From Octopus bimaculoides (taxonomy: Eukaryota), in the NCBI RefSeq assembly GCF_001194135.2, contig NC_068992.1, positions 4,789,493 through 4,853,492 on the forward strand: DNA of 64,000 bases, in the 5' to 3' direction. Numbering within the stretch: the stretch's first letter is position 1; each line of letters begins with the position of its first letter. This document shows, piece after piece, positions 63,385 to 64,000 of the stretch. Position numbers and translations under genes: made by a program. Below the pieces are notes generated by a model, which searched no databases, was not told the DNA's origin, and saw only the letters and a list, made by a program, of their open reading frames with translations.

Positions 63385-64000
63385 ATGTATATATATATAT
63401 ATATGTGTATGTATATATGTTTAAATATTTGTATGTGCACATACATATATGTTTCTGTGAGTATATGTGCGTATGTGTAACTCTATAAATATGCGTGTGT
63501 GTGTATATATATATGTGTGTGAGTGTGTGTGTATGTGTACATGTGTGCGTGTGTGTGTTTGTGAGAGAGAGCGATAGAGAGAGACGAGTTTTACTTAAAC
63601 GATATGTTTATTCCATTCGTGTTGCATTAATTTCACATTATTTTCCTCTGTTTTATATAACGTAACTTTAAAAGTTTCAAACTCGATCAAACACTATATT
63701 GCTCGGCTGTCACATTTATTCTATACCAAGTTTTGCAATATTTTAGAAAATTGCATAAATGCACATAATTCATCCGTTTCAAAAGTCTGAAAATGCATTC
63801 TCATGTCATACGTTGAATTAAACTGAACATTGTTTGAATTTATTAGCATAAGACTCTGCACAATTTTCATTTTCACTCTGCAAATTTTCTGCCTTTATAG
63901 CTCGTTCTCTGTCCCACTGTGTCTGAATGACGGCATACATACACGCTTATAGACATACATTCAGGTAACACACACTCACAATCACACATATTAATCTCTC

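Overview
Animal genomic DNA: AT-rich, very dense in microsatellites, and broken by 15 N-gaps (about 4.4 kb in total, mostly opening at (AT)n or other simple-repeat runs). The SINE families match what I recall of octopus repeats, so an Octopus draft assembly is likely (inference). There are no prokaryotic features, rRNA, intact tRNA or CRISPR. Nearly all ORFs in the supplied track are artefacts of N-runs or simple repeats. By hand I assembled one minus-strand multi-exon gene model (about 34.4 to 19 kb) with canonical AG/GT sites and consistent phases. It encodes a small signal-peptide protein that I cannot name; an ependymin-related fold is a weak guess, and both its 3' end and its extra 5' small exons are ambiguous. 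The rest is a transposon graveyard: an R2-like zinc-finger+Myb fragment outside rDNA, a Penelope GIY-YIG remnant, two CR1-type LINE pieces, a decayed RTE-type RT, the 5' end of a mariner, two SINE families, and two repeats carrying hammerhead-ribozyme-like cores, one of them behind a tRNA-like Pol III head. All translations and alignments were done by eye; no searches were run.
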